DNA of 56,320 nt from a virus (taxonomy: Duplodnaviria; Caudoviricetes): positions 1-56,320 of the IMG/VR virus record IMGVR_UViG_3300001533_000425. One strand, given 5' to 3'. Numbering within the stretch: the first letter of the stretch is position 1; each line of letters starts with the position of its first letter. The notes under the pieces are model-generated. The model did not search any database, was not told the DNA's origin, and saw only the letters and a list, made by a program, of their open reading frames with translations. The translations under genes were made by a program, and so were the position numbers. Positions 47,598 to 56,320 of this stretch are shown here, piece by piece.

Positions 47598-47655
47598 ATT
47601 TCTTTTAATCATAGAAGATATGTATGTTTTTATGTCCTAATATGGAAGTGATATT

Positions 47656-48645
47656 ATGTCAAAATTAACTAAAATGCTGGAATATTCATACGCAGGAAAC
47701 ACAGAGAAAAAAAGAATGGCAAATTCTGAGTCTTTCAAGAAAACTGTATTAGATACTGTTCCAAAAACAGAGAAAGAACTTTTACTCACTGAAGGAATGG
47801 AATCAACAACTCTCTTACAGACAGAGGTATATAATACTATTCTTGAAGGTGCACAACCAGAAATGACTGTACGTAACATTTTTCCAGTCATTAAAACGGA
47901 TACTAATCAAATCAGGCTTACGTATGAATCTGGAGCTCTTGCAAAAGCAGGAGAAGTTGCAGAAGGAGCAGCTATTCCAATTCACACAGAAAATTTTGAT
48001 ACCAAAAATATCAACATTAAGAAAATTGGTGTAAGACCAGTAATTACTAATGAACTTATTGAAGATGGTCTCTGGAACATGGTAGAGTTCGAACTTAAAA
48101 GAGCTGGACAAAAGATTGAGCATAAGCTCAACTATGATGTAATCCAAGAAGCTATTGATAAAGATTCATATAGTAACATCGCAAGTGTCGATGCTGGTCC
48201 TGCCTTTACTGTCCAAAATATTTTAGACGGTATTGCAGAGATTAACTATAATCATTACAAACCAACTGATCTTATTCTTACTCCTTGGGCTGAGAATAGA
48301 TTAGTTTCTGGGAACAATTTGCTTCAAGCAAATTATGCTGGTGATAACCAAGCTCTTAGAAATTATAATGTTGGTAACTTGTTTGGTCTCAAAATGCATC
48401 GCTTAAGTACCAGAGGAGAATCTACTGATACTTATAAATGGGCTGGTATTGATGGTAAAATTGATACTGCAAATGATGTATCTGCTCTGCTCTGTGATCC
48501 ATCATATTGTATGATTGGAATGCGTAGAGATATCTCTGTTGAACAATATGACGACCCAATCCATGATTTGGTTGGCATTGCTGCAACTATGAGATATGGT
48601 GTAAAAACTATTGAAGGCAAAAAAGCTTGTATTATAGAACACTAG
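47656..48645 (+). CDS. Major capsid protein (paralog B, canonical position)
   Basis: VAEGA.IP, KIG.R..IT.ELIED, PTDLI, RDISVE.YDD; followed by hairpin and poly-T. Confidence 0.88.
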   Translation: MSKLTKMLEYSYAGNTEKKRMANSESFKKTVLDTVPKTEKELLLTEGMESTTLLQTEVYNTILEGAQPEMTVRNIFPVIKTDTNQIRLTYESGALAKAGEVAEGAAIPIHTENFDTKNINIKKIGVRPVITNELIEDGLWNMVEFELKRAGQKIEHKLNYDVIQEAIDKDSYSNIASVDAGPAFTVQNILDGIAEINYNHYKPTDLILTPWAENRLVSGNNLLQANYAGDNQALRNYNVGNLFGLKMHRLSTRGESTDTYKWAGIDGKIDTANDVSALLCDPSYCMIGMRRDISVEQYDDPIHDLVGIAATMRYGVKTIEGKKACIIEH

Positions 48646-48678
48646 ATAGGTATTTTTTATCTATCTTTTTTATTTTTT
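48646..48678 (+). terminator. Hairpin plus T-tract after MCP
   Basis: ataggta-ttttt-tatctat followed by ctttttttatttttt. Confidence 0.55.
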
Positions 48679-48703
48679 ACTGTATGTCTTAATGTATTAT
48701 TAA

Positions 48704-48961
48704 TTGGAAAGTGATACAATCCTACATGGTCGAGGAAGTCAATATAAGTATACTAAAGAATATGATAAACTTAAGAATAAGGGAATGTTAAATAGAACAA
48801 AATTAACTGATGACGAATTAGAAGATGCTGAGATTTCTGACTATGAAGGAACAGGTAGAACTAATCCTAATAAGTTATGGATATTTGATAATATTCCAAT
48901 TCCTGCTGATAGAAATACTAAAAAAGTTGACCGGAGATATTCTGGTAAATATGGAGATTAA
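48704..48961 (+). CDS. Hypothetical protein
   Basis: ORF track. Confidence 0.55.
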   Translation: MESDTILHGRGSQYKYTKEYDKLKNKGMLNRTKLTDDELEDAEISDYEGTGRTNPNKLWIFDNIPIPADRNTKKVDRRYSGKYGD

Positions 48962-48963
48962 TA

Positions 48964-49377
48964 ATGAGTGATTATAGTCCAAGTCTAGTATATGAATATG
49001 AAGTTAGAAATTCATTCACACCACCTCTTGAGTATAATGATATATCAAAAGCTGATGTTCTTAATAAAATAGAGATGGTTGAGAATTATATTAAATATGC
49101 ATTCTTTGATGGAAAAATGCCTTCTAGAACGGTTGGTAAGATTCCTGCTCTTATGATAGTAATGTCTAAGGTAATTAAAGGAAATCCATCACTTGCAAAG
49201 AAATATTCAGATATTAATTCTCTTAAACTTGGTGATTATTCTATTAAATATGATGTTACTGCTAGAGGAGCACATGTAAATGCATATGAATCTGCTAAGT
49301 CATGGGAAGAAATGGCCATTGATATTCTTGAAGCACAAGGATCAAACAAACCAAAAGTGATTCTAGTAAATGGTTAA
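48964..49377 (+). CDS. Putative head-tail adaptor
   Basis: Position; SLKLGDYSIKY beta-hairpin typical of adaptors. Confidence 0.6.
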   Translation: MSDYSPSLVYEYEVRNSFTPPLEYNDISKADVLNKIEMVENYIKYAFFDGKMPSRTVGKIPALMIVMSKVIKGNPSLAKKYSDINSLKLGDYSIKYDVTARGAHVNAYESAKSWEEMAIDILEAQGSNKPKVILVNG

Positions 49378-49636
49378 ATATAATGGTCCAGATAAAAGAT
49401 ATGGCAGGTCTTGGAATCGTCTTAGGTTTGTAATATATCAAAGAGACAATTATACATGTCAGATATGTGGGCGTAAAGTATCTCCTAATTATGAAGGAGA
49501 TAGAAAGGCTAATTGTCATCATATAGTACCTCTTGGAAGGGGTGGAACAAATAAATTCGATAATTTAATAACTCTATGCAATAGATGTCATTCATTTATA
49601 CATGGAGATTATTATGGAGTAAAATTATATGACTAA
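49370..49636 (+). CDS. HNH endonuclease (gp74-like)
   Basis: RDNYTCQICG...HHIVP...GG.N...NL..LC..CH. Confidence 0.9.
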   Translation: MVKYNGPDKRYGRSWNRLRFVIYQRDNYTCQICGRKVSPNYEGDRKANCHHIVPLGRGGTNKFDNLITLCNRCHSFIHGDYYGVKLYD

Positions 49637-49955
49637 TCATTATGAAACATTATTAAATAAGACAGTATCTAGGTATACAGAGACTACGTCAAAGAATGAT
49701 TTTGGTGAGGATGTAGAATCTTGGAATTACGAAGAGTCTGGGATAAAATGTAGACTTGTTCCAATATCTGCTAAACAAAAAAATGAAATGCCAGGTGAGT
49801 ATGAGGATGTTAAATATACTGGATATTTCTTATCAACACAATCTTTAAGTACTGATGATAGAATAGTATATGATTCAGATACTTTTAGAGTTAGAGAGGT
49901 ATATGATGATTCAAGTGGATATGTTAGAAAGACTTTATTGAGTTTAGTACCATGA
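49629..49955 (+). CDS. Head closure protein (SPP1 gp16-like)
   Basis: NDFGE...W, DRIVY...F.V; position. Confidence 0.7.
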   Translation: MTNHYETLLNKTVSRYTETTSKNDFGEDVESWNYEESGIKCRLVPISAKQKNEMPGEYEDVKYTGYFLSTQSLSTDDRIVYDSDTFRVREVYDDSSGYVRKTLLSLVP

Positions 49956-50503
49956 CTAATTTAATAGATATAAATGTAAAAGGTAATAAACCAGTAGAAA
50001 CTCTTTTTAAAAATTTACCTAAATACCAATCGCAATATTTACCGGAATATATGAAAGAAAAGATGTATGATATTGCAACACATGCAAATTCTATTCTTGC
50101 AGGTAAATTAGGTACTGGAAAGACTGGATACCATTGGAAACCACATGAACATGGTAAACCACAGACGGAGCAAATAGCTAAAACAAAACAAGATTTAACT
50201 AACTGGGAAGCAACAATAACTAAAAAAAATCAAAATGGTTTTGAAATACAATTAGTAAATACTTGTAATCATGCTGCACCAGTTGAATTTGGTTCTGCTA
50301 TGGGAGGAAAATCATATATATATCCAGATGGAAAATATTTGGTTGTTCCTAATGTTGATGGCTCAAAAAGATTAGTAAAAAGAATCCATGGACAAGAAGG
50401 ATATGGGTTTTTAAGTGAAGCTGCTAGTGAATATTATGTTAGAAAGAAAGCTGAACATGCAGCTATAGAGTGGTTACGCTTAATAAAGGGATTGAGACAA
50501 TGA
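49952..50503 (+). CDS. Neck/tail-completion protein (HK97 gp10-like)
   Basis: HAAPVEFG...G.GFL..A; position. Confidence 0.6.
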   Translation: MTNLIDINVKGNKPVETLFKNLPKYQSQYLPEYMKEKMYDIATHANSILAGKLGTGKTGYHWKPHEHGKPQTEQIAKTKQDLTNWEATITKKNQNGFEIQLVNTCNHAAPVEFGSAMGGKSYIYPDGKYLVVPNVDGSKRLVKRIHGQEGYGFLSEAASEYYVRKKAEHAAIEWLRLIKGLRQ

Positions 50504-50889
50504 CGTATCAGACAATGAAAGATTTATATGATACATTAAGGAATAATTCATCTATAACTACTATAGTTCCATCCGGAAATATATCAGTTGGATGGAATAC
50601 TGAGTTAATAGATTTTCCTAATTTATCTATAAAACAAAATGGTGGAGATGCAGTAGGTAGACTTGGATACTCTGGAGCAAGTGGAAATATTGATGAAACA
50701 TTCAATGTACAAATTGATGTATATTCAGATTCTAGTACATTAGAAACATATAATATAATAAATGCACTTGATAATGTAATGATATCGTCTGGTTATAGGA
50801 AGACGTCTGATAATGATATGTATGATGATGAATTAGACATTTATAGAAAAGTAACTAGATGGAGTAAAAGATTAATTTATAATAAGTAA
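50500..50889 (+). CDS. Tail terminator protein
   Basis: LYDTL...FP.L...VQIDVY; upstream of tail tube. Confidence 0.7.
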   Translation: MTYQTMKDLYDTLRNNSSITTIVPSGNISVGWNTELIDFPNLSIKQNGGDAVGRLGYSGASGNIDETFNVQIDVYSDSSTLETYNIINALDNVMISSGYRKTSDNDMYDDELDIYRKVTRWSKRLIYNK

Positions 50890-50925
50890 TGTATGTTTTT
50901 ATGTAAAATATAGGAAGGTTATAAT

Positions 50926-51372
50926 ATGGCAACAGCAACTGTAACTGGAAGATATGCTGATATCCAAATCTCAGGTATTAATGCTGATGTATTTGGTTTA
51001 TCTGATTTCTCTCTTACATTTGATAGAGGAACGATTGAACAAGAATTAGTAGGAAGAATTGGTAACTATTTTGAACAAGGTGCTATGTCTATTGAAGGTT
51101 CTTTAACTAACTGTAGATTTGGTGCTTCAGGACAAAGTCCATTAGTTGATTCTCTTATTGATGAAGGATATTTTCTTTCTATTTCTGGTTGTGTAAACTC
51201 TGGAAATAAAGGTGGAGATGATAATCTTGGATTTTACTTCAAATCTTGTCAAGTAACTGGTTACGATGTTTCAATTGGTGATGCAAGTACTATTTCTGAA
51301 GCTTCTATCGATTTTACTGTACTAGATCCTTATAACGCTACCTATTCTAATGGATGGATTACGGGGGCATAA
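50926..51372 (+). CDS. Tail tube protein paralog 1
   Basis: TG..A.I, LSDFSLT, EQEL.G, SIEGSLT, TISE.SIDF. Confidence 0.7.
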   Translation: MATATVTGRYADIQISGINADVFGLSDFSLTFDRGTIEQELVGRIGNYFEQGAMSIEGSLTNCRFGASGQSPLVDSLIDEGYFLSISGCVNSGNKGGDDNLGFYFKSCQVTGYDVSIGDASTISEASIDFTVLDPYNATYSNGWITGA

Positions 51373-51375
51373 TAA

Positions 51376-51843
51376 ATGGTAGCTAATCCTAAAACATATA
51401 CTGGAAGAAATGCAACAATCAAAATTGCTTCAGGTGGAGCTTCACTTGAAGGTGATAGTGTATATGCTCTTTCAGATTTTAGTCTAACATTAGATAAAGG
51501 TACTGTTGAACAAGAACTTCTTGGTGAAGAAGGTAACTTTTTCACTGCAGGTGCTTTATCAGTAGAAGGTTCATTAACTGCTGCAAAGCTTGGTTCTGGT
51601 GCTGCTGGTAAAATTCTTGGTGCTATGGTAAATGGTACAAAGATACAAGTGTCTGGATGTGTAGCTGATTCTAGTGGTCTTGCGTGGTATTTTAAATCAG
51701 CACAGGTTACTGGATTTGATTTATCTATCGGAGACTCTAATACTATTTCTGAGGGATCAATAGATTTTTCAGTTCTAGACGCAGCTAACATCAGTAAAAC
51801 TCACGATACTAAGGGTAGAGTTTGGATAGTTGATAATGCATAA
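51376..51843 (+). CDS. Tail tube protein paralog 2
   Basis: Collinear with 50926-51372. Confidence 0.7.
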   Translation: MVANPKTYTGRNATIKIASGGASLEGDSVYALSDFSLTLDKGTVEQELLGEEGNFFTAGALSVEGSLTAAKLGSGAAGKILGAMVNGTKIQVSGCVADSSGLAWYFKSAQVTGFDLSIGDSNTISEGSIDFSVLDAANISKTHDTKGRVWIVDNA

Positions 51844-51880
51844 TACTGTTTTAATGTTATTTATTTCATGAGGTGAATCC

Positions 51881-52378
51881 ATGGCTGAAAAATCTAAGAA
51901 GACTGATAAAAATAAGGAAAAAGTAGAGAATCTCAAAAAGAAGATAAAACAATCAGATGAATATAAAAAGAAAGAATCAATGAAAGAGGCACAGGAACTT
52001 ATAGCAACTCGTTCAAAGATAGAACGGGATTATGAAGAAGATAAAATCTTAGTAAAATTTTATACTTCTCCAGAAACATTAAGAAAAGTGTATGCTAAAA
52101 GACCTAACAATAAAGAAATGATTACAATCATGATGCTTTCTGCTCAAGCTGCAAAATTTGAGGGTTCTACTGATCCTGAAGGCTTGCAAAAGATGGTAGA
52201 GATATACGAAAGACTATCAACTATTGCTGCTAATTTATCAGTTGATGAAGACTTAGATGAAGAATTCTGGGATGAAAGAGTTTCTTTCAGTACACTTCAA
52301 AACTTCATTACAGAGTTAATAACTGAATCGCAACGAGGTCATTCAGTCTCTGATGAAGAAATGAAGAAATTTCGTTGA
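51881..52378 (+). CDS. Tail assembly chaperone
   Basis: Follows the tail tubes; ends AAA TTT CGT TGA. Confidence 0.65.
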   Translation: MAEKSKKTDKNKEKVENLKKKIKQSDEYKKKESMKEAQELIATRSKIERDYEEDKILVKFYTSPETLRKVYAKRPNNKEMITIMMLSAQAAKFEGSTDPEGLQKMVEIYERLSTIAANLSVDEDLDEEFWDERVSFSTLQNFITELITESQRGHSVSDEEMKKFR

Positions 52379-52565
52379 ATCAGGAATAGGATATATGGAG
52401 TATAAGTTGTGTGAATTCTTACACTGTACTCCGTATGAACTAACAAAGAAAAGAGACGAAAACCCAGAAGGAATAAGATTCTTACAAGAATCATTTATCT
52501 ATCAATGGAAAGAAAAAAAGAAAGCACACGATGATGCAATGAGAAAAGCTAGAAGACATCATTAA
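52371..52565 (+). CDS. +1-frameshift extension of the tail assembly chaperone
   Basis: 64 open codons FVESGIGYMEYKLCEFLHCTPYEL...; not in ORF track. Confidence 0.6.
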   Translation, partial: FVESGIGYMEYKLCEFLHCTPYELTKKRDENPEGIRFLQESFIYQWKEKKKAHDDAMRKARRHH

Positions 52566-52602
52566 TGTATGTATTTATGTTTATTTATATAAGGTGATAA
52601 AA

Positions 52603-53238
52603 ATGGCTGCAGGTGTATTTGTAGCTGAAATGAATGGTACTTCATGGACACATAGTAATATGACTCTTATTAGTGGACAAGGAGTAGCATTAAATGGCGG
52701 AAAAGCTAGATATTGTACAATGGATTCAGCTGATCCCGGAACAAGCAATCCTATACCAATTCCAGACTCTGGACATAATCCAAGTTATTGGAAAACACAT
52801 TTCTTATATATTAGTGGACAAAGTGGAGGAACATACGATTTCACATACGTATCATCTATTAGATGGTATTGTGATGGAACGCTCTTTAATTGGGGTGGAG
52901 ACACTACATCTGGTGCCGTGTTTGTAATGGACGCGTCTGGTGATGGTAGTGAATATGGTGTGGCTTCTGGTTCATATGATCAAGCAACGGGAGTAGTTGG
53001 AACTTCTGGTAATAAATTAACTGGACATTCTGCATGGAATTCAGCTAGTTCAAATGCCGAAGATGCTAGTGCACTTGGATCTGCATTTACTGTTGATAAA
53101 AGACAAATTGACGTAGATGACTCAGCAGGATTTAAGTATTCTAAAGCTCTTATTCATCAAGCATGGGTTGGAGAAAATGCTGCATCTGGAAGTCCAGACC
53201 CCGAGACATATACTTGGGTTTGGGATGAAGTATCTTAA
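52603..53238 (+). CDS. Putative virion/tail structural protein
   Basis: Ser/Gly-rich beta protein ending ETYTWVWDE; GGTGA SD. Confidence 0.6.
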   Translation: MAAGVFVAEMNGTSWTHSNMTLISGQGVALNGGKARYCTMDSADPGTSNPIPIPDSGHNPSYWKTHFLYISGQSGGTYDFTYVSSIRWYCDGTLFNWGGDTTSGAVFVMDASGDGSEYGVASGSYDQATGVVGTSGNKLTGHSAWNSASSNAEDASALGSAFTVDKRQIDVDDSAGFKYSKALIHQAWVGENAASGSPDPETYTWVWDEVS

Positions 53239-53279
53239 TGTTTTAATGTGATAATTTACATGGAGAGTGCAACAATAGA

Positions 53280-53963
53280 ATGAATGATAAAAAGACATCC
53301 TCGTCTCTGTTAAATCGACCAATAAAAGATGGTTCATGGGTATATATGTGGATTGCTCATTATAATGATGGTGAATCATTACCACAATTTGATCCATATA
53401 CTCTAGAGACTCACACATTTAAAGAAGTTAATCAGGATAAATTAATTAAATTTGGATTATATCCAATTCCTAGTAATTTAGCTAATAAATTAAGAAAAGA
53501 AAAAGGTAAGAATGTAAGAAGTAATGTTTTCTTACCAAAGTATGAAGTTAATATTAATGATGATAAAAGAGTAATTGGTGCATTAACTACTAATTTCATA
53601 GAACAAAAGGCTTATGTTACATGCCCTAATTGTAAATCTACATTTCTAAGTAAAGATATCAATTTAATTGATATAGGAAATGACATAAAAACATATGTAT
53701 GCCCAAAATGTGGTGAAAGAGCATACTGGAAATGTGATGAATGTGGAAAGCAATTTAAACACATAGATGACACAAATGATTGGAAATGTACTGAGTGTGG
53801 AACAAGAGTTAATGCAAGAAATAGGCCACAATTTAATGTAACGACAATTCAAGAAAGATGGAGAATATATAAACTTGGATATCAAGAAACTGTCAATGGT
53901 AAGAATAAAAAAACAATTATGCATATTCAAGAAAACGGTGATGTAGAATTAAAAGATGAATAG
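53280..53963 (+). CDS. Hypothetical protein with zinc ribbons
   Basis: CPNC, CPKC, CDEC, CTEC. Confidence 0.7.
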   Translation: MNDKKTSSSLLNRPIKDGSWVYMWIAHYNDGESLPQFDPYTLETHTFKEVNQDKLIKFGLYPIPSNLANKLRKEKGKNVRSNVFLPKYEVNINDDKRVIGALTTNFIEQKAYVTCPNCKSTFLSKDINLIDIGNDIKTYVCPKCGERAYWKCDECGKQFKHIDDTNDWKCTECGTRVNARNRPQFNVTTIQERWRIYKLGYQETVNGKNKKTIMHIQENGDVELKDE

Positions 53964-54094
53964 TAAGTCTAATGCAGGTATACTTTTTTTCTCAATCGCT
54001 TAGCTTCTTGTTATTCATAATCTGTATTAATGTTTTAAAATAATTTAATTATAATAGCATAGACTATAAAAATGTTTAAATATAGGATTTATAG

Positions 54095-55333
54095 ATGTCT
54101 TGGAAAGATGAGAAAAGTAATGGACAAGTAATTGATGCAGGCGAATGGACTGAAATGGCTAATACACTAGAATATGTTAGTGGTAATTACTTGTCATCAA
54201 ATGCTCTAATAAATAGAATTGGAGATGTTGATACTTCTTCAACTCCACCAAGTAGAGACCAAGTACTTAAGTGGAATGGTAATAACTGGGTTCCTTCTGC
54301 ATATGATGAAACTTTTGAGTTTACTATTGCTTCATTTAATGACAATGAAAGTAGTACACAATTAATAGGAACTGGAGTATGGAAATTATCAGGTGCTATG
54401 ACATTTTCTGTATCTTATAATAATGGACCTCCAGACAATTCTTGTATACAATTAGCTGAAAATGATTCTAATTATGATACTTTAGTAGATACTTTAACAA
54501 GTCCTTTCACTGATGGTACAAATAATAGTGATATAAGTTATCCAACAGGAAAGGATCAATATATAAGATTTAGGGTAAGTGCTAATTCTAGTACTGATAC
54601 AGATACACAATCTGATTCAGCAATATACTTCAGAAATTATATAAGATGGGGAGTTCTTGGAAAAAATAGTAGCTTCACTGGAGCTGATGTATCTGGTTTA
54701 TCAAGTAAAACAATAAGTAATGATAATACAAGAAGTGAATCAGTGAATTCTGGTATTGGAGAATATATTGTATTTGCTCATCCAGCATCGTATAGTGATA
54801 TACCAACTGGTGATGATTATGAAAATGATGGTGGAGGAACAGGATTTAGATTTAATGGAATGACTTGTTCATTTGAAACAAAGGAAACTGTGTCTGTAAC
54901 AAATGGAAATGGATTCACAGAAAATTATGATGTATATGGTTCTACTCTATCAAATTTAGGAAATAGTACACTTTATACATATACATCAAGGCAAGAATTA
55001 AATAAAATATACTATGGAGTAACTAGTAAAACTAGTGGCTATACTGAAACTGATATAGAAAGTTTGAGTCAATCAGAGATTACTGATGATTCTACACAGG
55101 TATGGAATGAAGTATCTCCCGGTGTTGGAGAATATTTATTATTTTGTTTTCCAAAGAGATGGGGAGAAAAAGGTACTGATTATACGTTTTATGATAATAG
55201 TACTGGATTTCAAGCTGCATTTGAAGATGCAGAAACAGTTAGTGTTACCAATCAGAATAGTTGGACTGAAGATTTTTATGTTTATCGTTCAGAAAATTCT
55301 AATTTGGGCAATATTGTAATAGAGACTAAGTGA
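54095..55333 (+). CDS. Putative tail fibre/structural protein with internal domain duplication
   Basis: QVLKWNG.NWVP fibre motif; two ~115-aa repeats (G.GEY..F..P...ETVSVTN.N..TE...VY). Confidence 0.65.
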   Translation: MSWKDEKSNGQVIDAGEWTEMANTLEYVSGNYLSSNALINRIGDVDTSSTPPSRDQVLKWNGNNWVPSAYDETFEFTIASFNDNESSTQLIGTGVWKLSGAMTFSVSYNNGPPDNSCIQLAENDSNYDTLVDTLTSPFTDGTNNSDISYPTGKDQYIRFRVSANSSTDTDTQSDSAIYFRNYIRWGVLGKNSSFTGADVSGLSSKTISNDNTRSESVNSGIGEYIVFAHPASYSDIPTGDDYENDGGGTGFRFNGMTCSFETKETVSVTNGNGFTENYDVYGSTLSNLGNSTLYTYTSRQELNKIYYGVTSKTSGYTETDIESLSQSEITDDSTQVWNEVSPGVGEYLLFCFPKRWGEKGTDYTFYDNSTGFQAAFEDAETVSVTNQNSWTEDFYVYRSENSNLGNIVIETK

Positions 55334-55337
55334 TAAT

Positions 55338-55790
55338 ATGCCAATAGAATTAACGGGTAAAATAGTTCCTAAGAATGATGCATTTGTTGGTATAGTAAAT
55401 CCAGAAAATGTAAGTGGTAGTGGGTATATACCATCTGCTGCTATCTCTGGGGTAAAACAGTGGCAACTTAAATCTGGTAATGTATATTGGGCAGCATATG
55501 CTTCTGCACAGATTGCTTTATATTCAGAGACTTATTCATCTAAATCAGATTTAACTAATGAACTTGATAGTGAATATCAATCTTCTGGTAATTATAAATG
55601 TGGTTATTATAATATAACTGATGGAGGAACAATTCCTCATGGTTTAGGACAGATTCCTTCTTATGTTAATATAATGCCTAGTGGAAATAATGTAAATTTT
55701 GGTGTATCCTGTGTTGTTGATGATACTAACATAACTGTTAGTCTTACTGCTCCAGGTTCACGAGATGTGTTTTGGAACGTTATAAAATAA
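55338..55790 (+). CDS. Putative tail-associated protein
   Basis: C-terminal HGLG..P..V...W gp53/H-lectin-like pattern. Confidence 0.55.
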   Translation: MPIELTGKIVPKNDAFVGIVNPENVSGSGYIPSAAISGVKQWQLKSGNVYWAAYASAQIALYSETYSSKSDLTNELDSEYQSSGNYKCGYYNITDGGTIPHGLGQIPSYVNIMPSGNNVNFGVSCVVDDTNITVSLTAPGSRDVFWNVIK

Positions 55791-55804
55791 ATGAGGAATA
55801 AAAT

Positions 55805-56320
55805 ATGGCTATACCTTTTCTTACTGAAGAAATATCAGGTCTAAAAGACCCAACATATGCATCTGGTGGAGCTAACAAGAAATATGTTGATACTATATCA
55901 GGTAATTTAGATACAAAGATAGATAATATTGTTGGAGCAAATGAAATTGGTTGGGGAGACTTAACTGCTGGTGATGGTTTAACTAAGACTGGTACTGGTA
56001 AAATTTCTGGATCTTTAACAGTTAACATTAATCCTGGTACTGGTATTGATTTATCTGGTGATGATGTTGATGTTGCAGGATATTTAAAAATATCAAGCAA
56101 TGCTTTATCTGGTCAAAAAGCTTTATCCTGGCTTAATGATTCTGGTTCAAAATATCATAATACTTATACTTGGTATAATAATTCTAGTAATAAATTAACT
56201 ACTTCATATAATGAAAGAGGTTCACAAATAGATGGAACTGGACTTATATGGGATGGTTCTGAATTAGATGTAGAAGGTTATGCTACTATTTCAAGTAATG
56301 CTTCTAATGCTGCTTCCTTT
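55805..56320 (+). CDS. Putative tail fibre protein (partial)
   Basis: Manual translation MAIPFLTEEISGLKDP...ANKKYVD...AGDGL...GTGI; open to window end. Confidence 0.65.
   Translation, partial: MAIPFLTEEISGLKDPTYASGGANKKYVDTISGNLDTKIDNIVGANEIGWGDLTAGDGLTKTGTGKISGSLTVNINPGTGIDLSGDDVDVAGYLKISSNALSGQKALSWLNDSGSKYHNTYTWYNNSSNKLTTSYNERGSQIDGTGLIWDGSELDVEGYATISSNASNAASF

Noticed and set aside
40793-56100. Minus-strand ORFs in the structural module (e.g. 44140, 46398, 46693, 51342, 55780)
   Set aside because: Antisense to clear structural genes
1-56320. Provirus boundaries, integrase, reverse transcriptase/DGR, inteins
   Set aside because: No such motifs recognised; PolB and TerL lengths leave no room for inteins; no flanking host genes seen

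Overview
This AT-rich window is a large part of the genome of a tailed archaeal virus (HK97-fold head). The archaeal assignment rests on BRE/TATA promoters, GGTGA Shine-Dalgarno sites, a tRNA with a bulge-helix-bulge intron, Alba, a fused PriS-PriL primase, an XPF/ERCC4 nuclease and a dockerin protein. A Thermoplasmatota-like or euryarchaeal host is only an inference. From 1 to about 33.5 kb, leftward genes cover replication, recombination and nucleotide metabolism (ThyX, PolB, primase, XPF, SWIM-RadA, DHH nuclease), plus a C5 methylase, MoxR/vWA, phosphoesterases, many small ORFs, 4 tRNAs and 3 tRNA-like RNAs. From about 34.1 to 37.8 kb lies an array of eight single-gene cassettes, each behind a repeated bipartite motif placed exactly 14 nt upstream of a TATA box. 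From 39 kb to the end is a rightward morphogenesis module (TerL, Alba, portal, two proteases, two capsid paralogs, neck genes, two tail tubes, a +1-frameshifted chaperone, tail proteins). Best candidates for new biology: (i) four tandem covarying hairpin RNAs, some displaying tRNA-like loops, directly upstream of a 634-aa putative Ro/TROVE-like-TerD-like protein; (ii) the motif-promoter-ORF-terminator cassette array; (iii) a shared hydrophobic C-terminal tail on more than 12 small proteins. Protein calls come from motifs recognised by eye; no searches were run.
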